In this document: positions 22,301 through 30,990 of the stretch, piece after piece
Position numbering within the stretch: position 1 is the stretch's first letter
Layout: the number at the start of each line of letters is the position of its first letter
Virus record (IMG/VR): IMGVR_UViG_3300027668_002455
Span: 111,850 to 175,849 of that record
Length of the DNA stretch: 64,000 nucleotides
Reading direction: 5' to 3' (one strand)
DNA from: a virus
Position numbers and translations under genes: made by a program
The notes under the pieces: model-generated
Databases searched by the model: none
Seen by the model: the letters and a program-made list of their open reading frames with translations, nothing else
What the model was told of the DNA's origin: nothing

Positions 22301-25300
22301 GGCTTGCGCTTCATCTTGGGAGATATTATACTCATCTGAGAGACTCTTACCACTGTCCTTCAAATTAGTAAACTCCTTCAACATTTCTCTAGCCTTCTTC
22401 TGACCCACACCATCCAGCATACTTGCAAACCCCTGTGCCGCCTTAGCCATGTTTTCTGCAGAGGTATCCTTTGAATATAGCATACCTTGATTTTGAGCGA
22501 AGGCATCTAGTGCCGTTGCTGAAGCCCCTGCCCCTTGGGCCATTTGATTAAATCTCGATGCGGCACTTTTTATAGCTGCATTAAGCTCTCGAATATCTTC
22601 TACACTCGTATTAACATCTTGGATTTTTGAAATAACCTCGGCCTTGGTGTTTAACTTATCTTTGCCAACAGTAACACCACCACTCCTCTTCATTGTGTCG
22701 CCAATGCCGGCGAGATTCAGGCTTCTGATTATGTCATTCTTTGCAGCCGCGACCCCAGCCGCGTCCCCTTTACCAAGGGCTTTACCAAACGCAGAGGTTG
22801 CCTCACTGGCTTTGGACATGTGTTCATTAAGATTTTTAAAAGACTCGGCAGATTTTTTTGCAGCCTCTTGTACTCGTTTACGGGCAGCCGCTCCCTTTGC
22901 GTCATAAGCCCCCTGCATTAGCTTATTAACCCCGATTCCAACCGCCGCTACTGCGAGAGCAATTGCAACCGCTGGGTTAGCCGCTGCTGCGGCATACGCA
23001 GCGCGCCCGCCACGTGCAATTCCGCCGCCCATCCTAGCTCCCAGACCCTTCGTGCCACCCCCCTTATTAGCTTTAAAACGCATATCCGGCTTTCCGGACT
23101 TAGTAAGAGGCCCACTGAAGGCACTTTTTCCCATACTGACTTTCGCAGAGGCGATGACGCTTTTAGTCCATACAGCCAACCCTGCGATGCTGGCGCTAAT
23201 CCCTGTACCAAGTTTACTAAGAGCGCCCAATATTCCCCCGTAGCTTTGGGTAGCCATTGCAATCATGGGATAATACATCGCAAAAGAGGCCGATAAATCC
23301 AGTACACTGCTACTAAATGTAGAGACACCCTCATTTGTCTCTTTTAGTCTATCACTCATGACGCTCAGTTGACTACCGACCATCATCATGCCCATTGACA
23401 TGCCCATGCCCATATCATCGCCGCCACCTTGTTTTTTCTGTGCAAAGTTAGGAATATAACCATCCGCTTTTCCCTGTCTTTGGATGCTTTTCATGGTCGC
23501 ACCGGAAGCTAGATGCATATTAATTGCATTACCTAGTGAACCCTCTTTGGTATTGTAAACCCCTGTACCGCCGTTCAAGCGATCATCATGACCCACGCGT
23601 ACCTGATCTCTTCTTACTCCAGCGCGGTCTTCTCTATCTATAGCTGCTCCAAGCCCTCCAAGTGCGAAGTTTGGAATAAAACCTCCCGCCTTGGTTTTTT
23701 TGGACAGGAGCCCTGTATCGGCTCTTGCAGACGTATTGTTTGTCGGCCTAGAAATTAAGCTCTCAAACTCAATCTTATTCCGACGAAGCCCGTCAACAAC
23801 AACTTCCTTTGGCATACTGCCTACCATACCTTGAAGCTGTTTTAAGCTTCTAAATTTTTTCTCTGGCCCCACTTCAGGCATTGAGAAGATGCCAGATGTG
23901 ACCATGTTCGGTCTCATTCTGTGTCGAAGCTGGGGAAACGCAACTTTACTCATCCCTTCGAAAGGTGACATGCGGCCTAATAATTCAGATTTTCTTTTCT
24001 CAGGTGACTGCGAAGGGAGACCGGCCCAAAGTTGATTGATTAACTGGCTTGAATATATTGGTTTGCCTGTCTCTTGGCTGACATTAGCTAACTCTTTAAA
24101 TTGTTGAAATCCCCTTCCTTTTTGTTTTGACATGTTATATTGAATCTGAAGGGCCTCCTGCCCGGCAAGCCCTGAAGAACGCGAGTGCATCTTGCCCGAT
24201 GTGTAATCCATCCTCCCACCCTCATCACCACCAATATACTTCATGCCCCCGCGCTCGCCATCATCCCAACGCCGCAAGCCCGGTGCTAGCTTGTTCTTAT
24301 TGAGCGTCTTAGCTAGGTGAGCCCTCTGTTTCTCCGCCCAAGGGTTACCTCTTGGGGCCATAAAATTAGGAACAAAACCGAGTGCCGAAATTGCCTTCTG
24401 CATTCTAGTCGCCGTACTCAGCTTTTGTTTTTGAGTCATTTTCCGCGCACCAGACGAACCGGGTCCAGCCTTCAGATTTTTTCCAAGCCCGGGTAACTCT
24501 GTCGCGAACCTCGCCCCCAGCCCCATATCATCAAGAAGACCCTCGGTATATGCCTTATTTATAAGACTTTGCTTGGCCTCACCCGTAGCTGACCTTTTTG
24601 CATCAGCCTTCTTTAATTGGGAACCGAATTTAAAAGTTTTTATAAATTTAGAGTTTGCTTTCTCCCCTCTCCCCTCTTCAAAATCAAACGGAGCCTTAAA
24701 GCTTCCGCCCGCCTCCGATAGCTCATCTAGCTGCCCGGGGGTATTGGTGGCAATCCTTGCTAGATTTTCAAATATGTCTCCCTCCGTACCGGGGGATAAA
24801 AAGGCATTTGATTTTTTAAGTGAATCTACTAGCCCTTTCTTGTCTTTAAGTCTGCCTTTATGGTTAAGTCCTGTATGCTTAAGAAACTGCTCAGTTAAAC
24901 TTACCATTGGCCCTGCCATGTGATCTGAGATTTGTTGAGAAAACTTTTTCGAAGTTTCATCTCCTTTTTTTGGCATACTTTGAAGAGAGCTTATCTGCAA
25001 ACCTGTAAATTTTATCGAATCATTTGATAAATCATTACTCTTCATTAGGTCCGAAAGTGCAGGTATTTTCTTAATCGGCAGTTGAGCGTGGTCTGACTTA
25101 TTCGGCGTTCCATAATAAGATAAAAGACCTATTGCTCCCTGCGTATTATATGTATGTATATTTCGGGGATTTTTGGGCTCTCTGCCAGCCTTAGATTCTT
25201 TTATATTTTTTTGTGTACCATAACTATAACCCTGACCCGACGCCACATGACTAGGGTCGAGTTTTCCCTCATTTATTTTTCGAGTAATAGTGGATTGAGA

Positions 25301-27304
25301 CATAGACCCTTTGCCCATTATGCCTGCCCCTAGCGATGTAAGTTTTAAGTTAGCAAAATTCGGAACAAATCCACCCGCAGAATTATAAGGGTCATACCCA
25401 TGTACACCCTTAAATGAGTCTCTGTAATTATTGCCCGCAGAAGACGTTCGTGGTGGCATAATGCCCGGCTGTTGTAATCCCGGAAATTTCTTTATTTCTT
25501 CATTACCATTATAAGTAACTTTTCCTACCCCCGGAATGGTGGCTTCTTTTATTTTGCCCGCTTGGTAGCCGCCAGCTTTCGCGAGCCTTTTTTCTTGAAC
25601 TTCTTGACTAAAGTTAGGAACAAATCCAGAAGCAGCGCCCATATTGAAGCTGGGAATAAAACCGCCTGCCTTGGGTTTTTTGCCCCCCGTTCTCTTTGCG
25701 CCCCCCTGCATTGCTAATACCGCTGGCGCAGCCTTTTGTGCAGCCAGCGTAAGTTTTTCCATTTCTGCTCTAGATTCTTTAATTTTCTGAGCCAACACAC
25801 GAGCGACTGCCACCATCCCCTCTTCTGAAGCTGTGGCTTGATTAATAAGCGCGGGGCGTTGAGCTAAAATATTTTGAATTATATTTTGTGTACTTGCTAG
25901 TTTTTGGGAAGCAGTTTCCATTCCCATGAAACCCGCAGCAGCGTCTTTGACAAATACTGCTAACTTAGCTCCTATTTTGACAAGCACAAAACCAAGCAAT
26001 GCTAGCCCCGGACCGCTTATGATTTTCCCCATGCCCTCATACACAGCGGTACCAACTGTTTCACCCAAACCAAAAAAGTTTTTAGGGCTTATCAAATCAG
26101 CAAAGCCATTTACCATTTTAAGAATTCTATCTAAAGCGGGTTTAACAGTAAGGGCACCTACCTCTGTTGCAAACTTGGTTAAATTAACCATCGTTTTATT
26201 TACCATACCTTCAGTGGTAGAAGTCAAAAGTCCCATGCGTTGAGTAGCTTCATTAGTAGTTTCATTGGCTACCATTAATGCTTTTTGATATTTTCCTGTC
26301 TCATTAGCTAGTTCAGGCAGAACAGCTTTTAAAACGTTTACCTGAAAAACACCCGCTAACATTTCAGAAGAGGTAGCTCTAAGTGATGGAGCTAGTGAAC
26401 CATAAACTTTTGCATAGTTTTCTAAAACTTTCATAGCAGGAAGTAGCTCCCCGCTTGTTTTTCGTACAGCCACGCCAAGAGATTCTAGTTGACGCAGGGT
26501 TTCTGGTCTCTGAATCCTCGTAAAAATAGTTTTAAAGCTATTACCAATAACCGCACCACCCCGAGCAGTCTTTTCTTGAGCGGTGGTTACAATCGAAATC
26601 AATTCCTCGAAACTAACATTCGCACTATTAGCCGCAGCACCCGTCCTTTTGATAGCTTCTGCCAAATCACCAGAGCTAACAGCAAATTTAGCATCTACCT
26701 GAGCCATCTTATTAACAATCTGCGTTGAGTTACCAGCAGCTTTACCAAAGGTGTTTATGGCGGCGGTTAGTGATTCCGTTGCATTTTTAACATCCATACC
26801 ACCTAATTTTGCAAGGGTCATGGCGGCGGTTGTTCTTTTTAGTGACTGTTCAACATTTAAACCCTGCCTAGCAAATTCTTCCGCAGATTCAGCAACCTCA
26901 TAAAAACTATGCCCCGTGGCTTTGGCAGCCTTGAAAAGTCCATTTGAAAATCTTTCGAAATCTTTACCGGTGGCATTCAGAAGGACTTGAATATTTGTGA
27001 GTTGCTGCTCTACTTTGATAGTCGTCTTAACGAGCTCTGACATCGCTTTTTGAACAGCAAAAATAGCACCAGCCGAAGCACCGAATGCAATGACACGAGC
27101 GTTAGAAGCTTCTAGTGATTTATTGAACTCATTTGCCGCCCCAGTAATACGTCCAAGGGGCTGTGTAAAATTCTTGGCAACAATGGGGTTTTTATTGAAG
27201 GACTGAGTTTTATTGAAAAGGGCTTGAAGCTGCTGCTCCGCCTTCCGCATTTCTGAAGCGGGGACGTTGATTCCAATATCAATTGTTGCACTATTCCTAG
27301 CCAT
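16301..27304 (-). CDS. Tape measure protein (TP901-like core), 3667 aa
   Basis: N-terminal EEFARQG...LTAAIN...FAVSSGDLAEAI...TARGGAVIGNSFKTIFTRI; long Ala/Lys coiled coils; two C-terminal D.(I/V)PA.L..GE(Y/W)V motifs; position after tube and chaperones. Confidence 0.92.
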   Translation of the reverse strand: MARNSATIDIGINVPASEMRKAEQQLQALFNKTQSFNKNPIVAKNFTQPLGRITGAANEFNKSLEASNARVIAFGASAGAIFAVQKAMSELVKTTIKVEQQLTNIQVLLNATGKDFERFSNGLFKAAKATGHSFYEVAESAEEFARQGLNVEQSLKRTTAAMTLAKLGGMDVKNATESLTAAINTFGKAAGNSTQIVNKMAQVDAKFAVSSGDLAEAIKRTGAAANSANVSFEELISIVTTAQEKTARGGAVIGNSFKTIFTRIQRPETLRQLESLGVAVRKTSGELLPAMKVLENYAKVYGSLAPSLRATSSEMLAGVFQVNVLKAVLPELANETGKYQKALMVANETTNEATQRMGLLTSTTEGMVNKTMVNLTKFATEVGALTVKPALDRILKMVNGFADLISPKNFFGLGETVGTAVYEGMGKIISGPGLALLGFVLVKIGAKLAVFVKDAAAGFMGMETASQKLASTQNIIQNILAQRPALINQATASEEGMVAVARVLAQKIKESRAEMEKLTLAAQKAAPAVLAMQGGAKRTGGKKPKAGGFIPSFNMGAASGFVPNFSQEVQEKRLAKAGGYQAGKIKEATIPGVGKVTYNGNEEIKKFPGLQQPGIMPPRTSSAGNNYRDSFKGVHGYDPYNSAGGFVPNFANLKLTSLGAGIMGKGSMSQSTITRKINEGKLDPSHVASGQGYSYGTQKNIKESKAGREPKNPRNIHTYNTQGAIGLLSYYGTPNKSDHAQLPIKKIPALSDLMKSNDLSNDSIKFTGLQISSLQSMPKKGDETSKKFSQQISDHMAGPMVSLTEQFLKHTGLNHKGRLKDKKGLVDSLKKSNAFLSPGTEGDIFENLARIATNTPGQLDELSEAGGSFKAPFDFEEGRGEKANSKFIKTFKFGSQLKKADAKRSATGEAKQSLINKAYTEGLLDDMGLGARFATELPGLGKNLKAGPGSSGARKMTQKQKLSTATRMQKAISALGFVPNFMAPRGNPWAEKQRAHLAKTLNKNKLAPGLRRWDDGERGGMKYIGGDEGGRMDYTSGKMHSRSSGLAGQEALQIQYNMSKQKGRGFQQFKELANVSQETGKPIYSSQLINQLWAGLPSQSPEKRKSELLGRMSPFEGMSKVAFPQLRHRMRPNMVTSGIFSMPEVGPEKKFRSLKQLQGMVGSMPKEVVVDGLRRNKIEFESLISRPTNNTSARADTGLLSKKTKAGGFIPNFALGGLGAAIDREDRAGVRRDQVRVGHDDRLNGGTGVYNTKEGSLGNAINMHLASGATMKSIQRQGKADGYIPNFAQKKQGGGDDMGMGMSMGMMMVGSQLSVMSDRLKETNEGVSTFSSSVLDLSASFAMYYPMIAMATQSYGGILGALSKLGTGISASIAGLAVWTKSVIASAKVSMGKSAFSGPLTKSGKPDMRFKANKGGGTKGLGARMGGGIARGGRAAYAAAAANPAVAIALAVAAVGIGVNKLMQGAYDAKGAAARKRVQEAAKKSAESFKNLNEHMSKASEATSAFGKALGKGDAAGVAAAKNDIIRSLNLAGIGDTMKRSGGVTVGKDKLNTKAEVISKIQDVNTSVEDIRELNAAIKSAASRFNQMAQGAGASATALDAFAQNQGMLYSKDTSAENMAKAAQGFASMLDGVGQKKAREMLKEFTNLKDSGKSLSDEYNISQDEAQAYNRKVVAQLSSLDGLSAEQKDLLESLKEMDQKVNLDEDDFMRLHMIINGKLLPILKRRATMEEGLIKEEDAFAKETSLLHDEIQKFKNNLKGLKNQITLKKSLTKLFEDQTLKMFDLGTKTLVDNLSKTASERTLIEFNAASEERRLRIKHANELNDLQVKKQEALMSDLETHLLSKVRGTEKLTPQKGGFMGKDFQNQINKKFGPAFFEAIRNADLSGADKAIADAIKMAKGPAGGAENRVVVANMKKHREALEDLTSATSREITVMRAKQKAEMDYAKAMKVAATAQLKLAQQISFAGGIGGAAGAPIKAFKDWESNKLNYKQGNMLGDSGRDLQTSGMIANLKMLRSLTDPGGNNPANAYVEPLTQQLQKNHRLFLDKMLGGSSEQIFSNKKLEDISRTQAKNLIKPDREIKDLFSQNERFSFDGKNNLKVFIANWQDAGKEGGGGTDPVTGLPIGAQGGVGGDRGPGFGGGGSIPGQPRANWAARRGLGNPMAAFSAGSEQSKELQRLQKQYAGGGAEGDKIAQTLKGREHARGVAAEAFARTSAALTKTIEGLALLKQNEETSLKNKETTRAAREAFEKNARGGTWIGDKDTGRWGRTPEEGKALPAGHKYGTPMYEEAFRAGKPDFPSNKRENTREYDAMLANESTWQRAADEATKKRVAAEKSIANLERAKASQEKAITQYNKEIGQLKTELQNNTTSLGKLTTALNQLDKGGMEKSRENVGSMTTMISKAFGEMSNLKGFAGTKEGDQMIVDGFYDMNELLTRLTDDDGVLSAADMKQLKDSLEEIKTKAQMISLGETSAPFGDGNPLNPVQAGRARDKVETIAAPSRAANMENIAKAVQDFSGSNRSLPDKEREKVEKFMTELSDSLFKNQKGQDLDLKDIDPALMAEKLKQARKEIMLFQDTINMSSFTAGRKNFEEVQNGISKTMDALVNDAKGKKTEVDLTKQIDQLLKLSEARDKESAAIKGSIDARDVILETSSSMQDLRLQMSKYGIEGEVATNAMSNLGTVLRSVAADGEIAGDDITELAEAMRKAQEAVKKSKREKGFLDPDQFKSDITKFLQEGVEDGTRQAGESLKGYVAALGDVGNEAVRAMRSSEVTKKLGSALIGSLNAANAQVIESQKAAAVEYYKVTGDLAAAIEKNNELDLYRTEIAQKVSNGIITQATANFLLSEKTKEATHATAKLNRELGMLGSYDPKKLKQDEVDRNNAKMLKGGSTYDNVQTTLDNLSNDDVYNPLNIYKDAGRMRDKREGEVKGAFGASLNTKLGAMNAGMEADNTDIGARRAMGMALTKQNLNKLENDSIELDKKRVDILNQLKDGQINANQAEIRMAKARAPMEQERLNLALADGTIAQAEYESGMRALAETMMEGDMSAGDFNSALKSTLMALTHLEKNAAQKDFIKMIDRNGKAFKDGVKDAFAAAINGTMTFREAMAKVMQDIAADMLSTSISSLVNTAFNAVGKALIPQPGAPGAATGGHVVGGIRGVQTFQKGGLVSGGKGGVDDIPARLGRGEYVIKESSARKYGTNYLNDLNAGRVNKFAAGGSADSARSNLQNTYDWNDPKKPTAGSFNVDSRLSALGQMDSSNPQNAYKFSREATLDQYLKDKAADDEMKKNAMMAYKTQRRKIIQSAVMQIAMVGIQAGMQSMGSSPKAKNPKTGKPLKSGEVLTKGGKVIKPGSSGWAQAISSAPVSSIGGTPAQIEVQQYKAQGVRDMQMAKTTGFPATAPGGGVYGSDKVARADRVMEQMQDQAMLKQFTKDRTPKQNFLQQLLGFQPGANYGSPLTTPSKKAGGTGKKGGLGDVNILGATSNLTKGDGGGGITRPKTMIDASRLKLFRQDHDTMHVAAGGPAHTRGRDTVPAMLTAGEWVVPKETVDLYGMGFMNKLNKGEVQHFAEGGYVGPRGGGETPSSGGGSASSVNNDFTINVNVTNEGGGSDDGRTALGEKDQNTQGGLEENERNKELGVRIKGAVVQEIVYQKRPGGLLYSEKRS

Positions 27305-27342
27305 ATAATCCTTTTACCGACTATAATTACACTAAAAAAAAG

Positions 27343-28350
27343 CTATTCGCCGTGTAATTTTATTAAGTCATCCATGTCCAAATGACCGCCCTTTTCAGCA
27401 GCAGCTTTGGCTAAGGATACGCCTCCATCCGGTGCACCAGATGTAAGACCCATGCGCTTCATGTCTTCCTGTGTGGCACCCACTACGGTAGTAGCCGAAG
27501 ATTCGTCCATTTTTTGCTTTATTTTGTCACTGTTTTTACTGACATTGAATAAGTCAATTAGCTTATCTGGATCTGACATCGTTTCTGGGTCTGGGTCATG
27601 TTTAAGCTCAGAAAGTATATGTTTAAAGTATTTACCGAAACTAAAGAGTTCGTTTTGATTAAATGTTAATTCCACAACAGGTCTTCCATAAAAAATAAAT
27701 GGATTGTCCTCACATAAATAAAAAGAATTAAGAAAAAATCCCGAAAGAGCAACCCTTTTAAGGTTGTGGTCAGAATACATCTCAGAAAGGACGTTGTAAT
27801 TAGCAATTAATAAAAGGATATCTTTTTCATGAATTTCCTCGAAAACTTCTGCACTAAAAAGTGGCACCTTGCATTCTGCGTCTTTATAAGAGGTTGTATA
27901 TATAAAAAATTCATTTACTTTTTTTGTAGCATAAGACTCTACCGTGTATCCGACTAACTCGAGTTTCTCTGAAGCGATCTCTGCATGTTCTTGTTGTACA
28001 TCATTAATCTGCTTCTGAATAGAGTCCATATCAGCCTGCAATATGAATTTAGATTTTGTTATCTTTAAGGCTGATGCTTGTTGTAAGCACTCTTTTATTC
28101 GAGTATCTTTTTCAGAAGACCACAAACCTTCCTTTTCTAGATCTTTTAGTTTTTCCTCTTCAGTTGGAAGACCCTTACTTTTTGCATGATTTTCATATTC
28201 TTTTTTTCTTTCATCAATCTCCTCTGAAGAGAAGAGATCTATATGTTTTAGATAAAAGGTGCCAAATTTTTCTAAATAAGATTTATTATACCCACGGATT
28301 ACATCCATGTATACTCCTCTTAATAGATGTGGTTCAATTTTTTTAGACAT
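27343..28350 (-). CDS. Probable tail assembly chaperone (gpT position)
   Basis: Helical, acidic protein immediately upstream of the tape measure; synteny only. Confidence 0.5.
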   Translation of the reverse strand: MSKKIEPHLLRGVYMDVIRGYNKSYLEKFGTFYLKHIDLFSSEEIDERKKEYENHAKSKGLPTEEEKLKDLEKEGLWSSEKDTRIKECLQQASALKITKSKFILQADMDSIQKQINDVQQEHAEIASEKLELVGYTVESYATKKVNEFFIYTTSYKDAECKVPLFSAEVFEEIHEKDILLLIANYNVLSEMYSDHNLKRVALSGFFLNSFYLCEDNPFIFYGRPVVELTFNQNELFSFGKYFKHILSELKHDPDPETMSDPDKLIDLFNVSKNSDKIKQKMDESSATTVVGATQEDMKRMGLTSGAPDGGVSLAKAAAEKGGHLDMDDLIKLHGE

Positions 28351-28353
28351 TAC

Positions 28354-28380
28354 AAAAAAGGCCCCATTTTCATGGGGCCC
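28354..28380 (-). terminator. Intrinsic terminator between the two chaperone-like genes
   Basis: Minus strand GGCCCCAT-GAAA-ATGGGGCC-TTTTTT. Confidence 0.75.
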
Positions 28381-28398
28381 GTGTGTTCTTTTTATAAC

Positions 28399-29400
28399 CT
28401 ATGCATTGTTATCAGAACTTTCTTGTGAATCTTCGGTTGACCCCGAGTCTTCCACGGGAGGCTCTTCCACGGGAGGCTCTTCCACGGGAGGCTCTTCCAC
28501 GGGAGGCTCTTCTACGGGGGGCTCTTCTACGGGGACTTTCTTTTTTGCCTTTTTCTTTTTAGCAGTTTTCTTTTGAGGGGGATCTGCCTCTTCAGTAGAT
28601 TCTTCTTTTTTATCTCCAGCTTGCGCGAGTGCTTCCATTGAGGCATCCTCCAGTCCTGAAGCTTCTAGTTCTCCCAAAAGCTTCTTAAACTCTTCTTCGG
28701 TTTGAGCATTACCCACGTACCAATAGCTTACATAATAAATCAACTTCCTAAGAAGCTCTTCATAAAAAGGATCATCCGACTCCTCCAAGGAGTCATAGGA
28801 GCTTAGTCTTTCCTCATGAATATCACCCGGAAAAACGTTTATAGGATTTTCTCCATTGTCATCTGTCAGATAAGCGAGATTTAACACCCACCATAAAATG
28901 GTTTTATTGCGTGCTCGATTTTCTGCAGTTTGTTCAAATAGAGATGCCTGAGCTAATTCAAAATCTTGAATTTTTCTTTTAAGAATACCACCCTCTTTCA
29001 CAAAGGTAGCAAATTGACCCTTTTGCTCTTCGCTTCGGTTGTCAGACTTAACTGCTGAAAGCCTCTCTATTTCTCTTTGATTTTCAAATAACTCTAGATA
29101 AAGATCAGCGTATTCCTCTTTATCGTCATCACTCATCACTCCGCCATCATTAGAAAATCTTTTAGCTAAAAGAGCTCTTGTCAAAAGCCCAGCTTTAATG
29201 CCTTTGGAAAGAATTACGCCATAGTAAAGCTCCGCGTCATCAAACATGATTCGATTGGGTTTACGCAAGATAACGTGTTGCTCTACCTCAACTTCTACCT
29301 CTTTGCTGACAGTGACCTCGTTGCCTTCTGAGTCTTTGCTTTTTTCTTCTACTTTCGTAGTTGAACTTTTTTTCAGAACAAACTGATATAATCTTTTCAT
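28399..29400 (-). CDS. Probable tail assembly chaperone (gpG position) with (PVEEP)6 tail
   Basis: Lies between tube and tape measure; acidic and helical. Confidence 0.5.
   Translation of the reverse strand: MKRLYQFVLKKSSTTKVEEKSKDSEGNEVTVSKEVEVEVEQHVILRKPNRIMFDDAELYYGVILSKGIKAGLLTRALLAKRFSNDGGVMSDDDKEEYADLYLELFENQREIERLSAVKSDNRSEEQKGQFATFVKEGGILKRKIQDFELAQASLFEQTAENRARNKTILWWVLNLAYLTDDNGENPINVFPGDIHEERLSSYDSLEESDDPFYEELLRKLIYYVSYWYVGNAQTEEEFKKLLGELEASGLEDASMEALAQAGDKKEESTEEADPPQKKTAKKKKAKKKVPVEEPPVEEPPVEEPPVEEPPVEEPPVEDSGSTEDSQESSDNNA
28448..28535. repeat. 15-bp coding tandem repeat x6 (tcttccacgggaggc) encoding PVEEP
   Basis: Four exact and two variant copies are visible. Confidence 0.95.
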
Positions 29401-29405
29401 ACCTT

Positions 29406-29636
29406 TTACCTTAGTTTAATATCAAAATTATCTAAATAATCTTCGATTTCCCGAGTAGCATCGTTACCGTGATCGAGCACTCTTTTTCGGAGTTTTTGAT
29501 AAGTTTCCTCATCAATATTATAGTCTTTATCTTTTAAGTCTTCTAAAATAAATAAGAAGCTTTTATAAAGATTTTTAACTTTTCTATTGATCTGGAATTC
29601 AAGGAAGTCCTTTTCCCTATTACCTTTTTCCTCCAT
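29406..29636 (-). CDS. Hypothetical protein (76 aa)
   Basis: ORF with purine-rich RBS and upstream GTGTAA motif. Confidence 0.75.
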   Translation of the reverse strand: MEEKGNREKDFLEFQINRKVKNLYKSFLFILEDLKDKDYNIDEETYQKLRKRVLDHGNDATREIEDYLDNFDIKLR

Positions 29637-29684
29637 AACCCTTTACCTTCATATAGATTTACACGAAAGTATGTGTAAGAGAAC

Positions 29685-29712
29685 AAAAAAAAGCACCCCA
29701 AAAGGGGTGCTT
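29685..29712 (-). terminator. Intrinsic terminator after the tail tube gene
   Basis: Minus strand AAGCACCCC-TTTT-GGGGTGCTT-TTTTTT. Confidence 0.85.
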
Positions 29713-29733
29713 GTATTTATTAATATAAGTTTT

Positions 29734-30924
29734 TTAGTGAGCTAGACCACTAATGAATAGTCCGACAGTACTTTGCTTCGGTCCACCAACCTGAGCCGAG
29801 AAGGACAGGGAAACGGATTTGTTTGAACCAATGTCAGAAGTGTACTCTTGACTGTCAAGCTTACATTTCTTCAGTACGTAGCGAGCCATAACATTATCAG
29901 CGTTAGAGGTGCCCGGGGCATTGAGCTTGATGTCAAGATCATATGCGCTATCAGCATCAATAATGTCAGCCAAACTACCAGTCGTAATATCACCAAGGTT
30001 TGCATCTACCGAGCACGTCACGGTCACAGGGAAGGTAATTTCCCGCGCGAACGCGAAGCGTGAACCAAGCTTTTGCAGTGGGTCACGAGCAAGGTCGAAG
30101 GACAAGCTGTAGCTTTGAATCTTAGCGTCACTAAGACTTACACCGGTTAATTCGGTAATCGCAGTCGTTCCACCATTGGGATACCAACTTAACGTAATGT
30201 CGCCCGGACGAAGGGCACTTACACCAGATACGTTATTACTGGCTTCGCCAGAGGCCAACGCATACTTGGTAGCAGTGATCTTAGCGCCATCTGCGGGTGT
30301 AATTGCGGGAATAGCATTACCCGATACACCTTTGTCAAATTGCATATTCAGACCCTCAATACTTACCGAGGCTGTTGGGAAATCACCAACTGCGCCTTCA
30401 GTCGTATACGAGCTAATAAAGCCGTTACCAATACCAATTACACTGGTATTGCTAGTGGTGCTCGGGTCTAAAACATCCGAGTCACCTAAGGCGTCATTAC
30501 CCTCTGGGACTGTTTTAATAAAGTAATTTCTTTCATCCGACTCTTTATTTAGAAATCCAGAGAGAGCAGCAAATACAGCTGTGCTTCCACTGGGCGTCAT
30601 AGAGAAGCCGAGGATGTCTTCGTTCTCTAAAGATCCGAGGATATAAGAAGTGTCCAACGAAACCGTGGGAGACTCCAAAATAACCCGGTCAATAGCAGCT
30701 AGCTCGCCAAACTGATTAACGTCTTGGCGGGTGATGTTGAAACTGTAATTAGCAGTTTGTACTCTTTGAAGTTGTTTAACCTTGCTTCGCCCATCATTGG
30801 TCGTGGTTATGGAATTGACGCCCGTCCACACAGTTGTGGTTGTTTGCTCTAGGTGGAAACCTGTAGAGGGAGAAGGTCCAGCATAAACTGCTTCACTTTG
30901 ATAAATAATTCTATTTCTTGGCAT
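29734..30924 (-). CDS. Major tail tube protein
   Basis: Ser/Thr-rich beta protein between neck genes and chaperones/tape measure, followed by its own terminator. Confidence 0.7.
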   Translation of the reverse strand: MPRNRIIYQSEAVYAGPSPSTGFHLEQTTTTVWTGVNSITTTNDGRSKVKQLQRVQTANYSFNITRQDVNQFGELAAIDRVILESPTVSLDTSYILGSLENEDILGFSMTPSGSTAVFAALSGFLNKESDERNYFIKTVPEGNDALGDSDVLDPSTTSNTSVIGIGNGFISSYTTEGAVGDFPTASVSIEGLNMQFDKGVSGNAIPAITPADGAKITATKYALASGEASNNVSGVSALRPGDITLSWYPNGGTTAITELTGVSLSDAKIQSYSLSFDLARDPLQKLGSRFAFAREITFPVTVTCSVDANLGDITTGSLADIIDADSAYDLDIKLNAPGTSNADNVMARYVLKKCKLDSQEYTSDIGSNKSVSLSFSAQVGGPKQSTVGLFISGLAH

Positions 30925-30990
30925 AGGTTTTTCCTTATATTATGTCAATAATTACATTTTTTTTGGTTATATGTGAAATTTATTTTTAAC

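Noticed and set aside
16982-26728. Many plus-strand ORFs within the tape measure (and similar shadow ORFs in capsid, tube and J genes)
   Set aside because: They are antisense shadows of long biased coding frames, with no RBS or recognisable motifs.
28541-28547. A_AAA_AAG slippery site as a G/T chaperone -1 frameshift
   Set aside because: The -1 frame stops (TGA near 28412) before the next gene, which is in frame 0; the Lys-rich coding explains the run.
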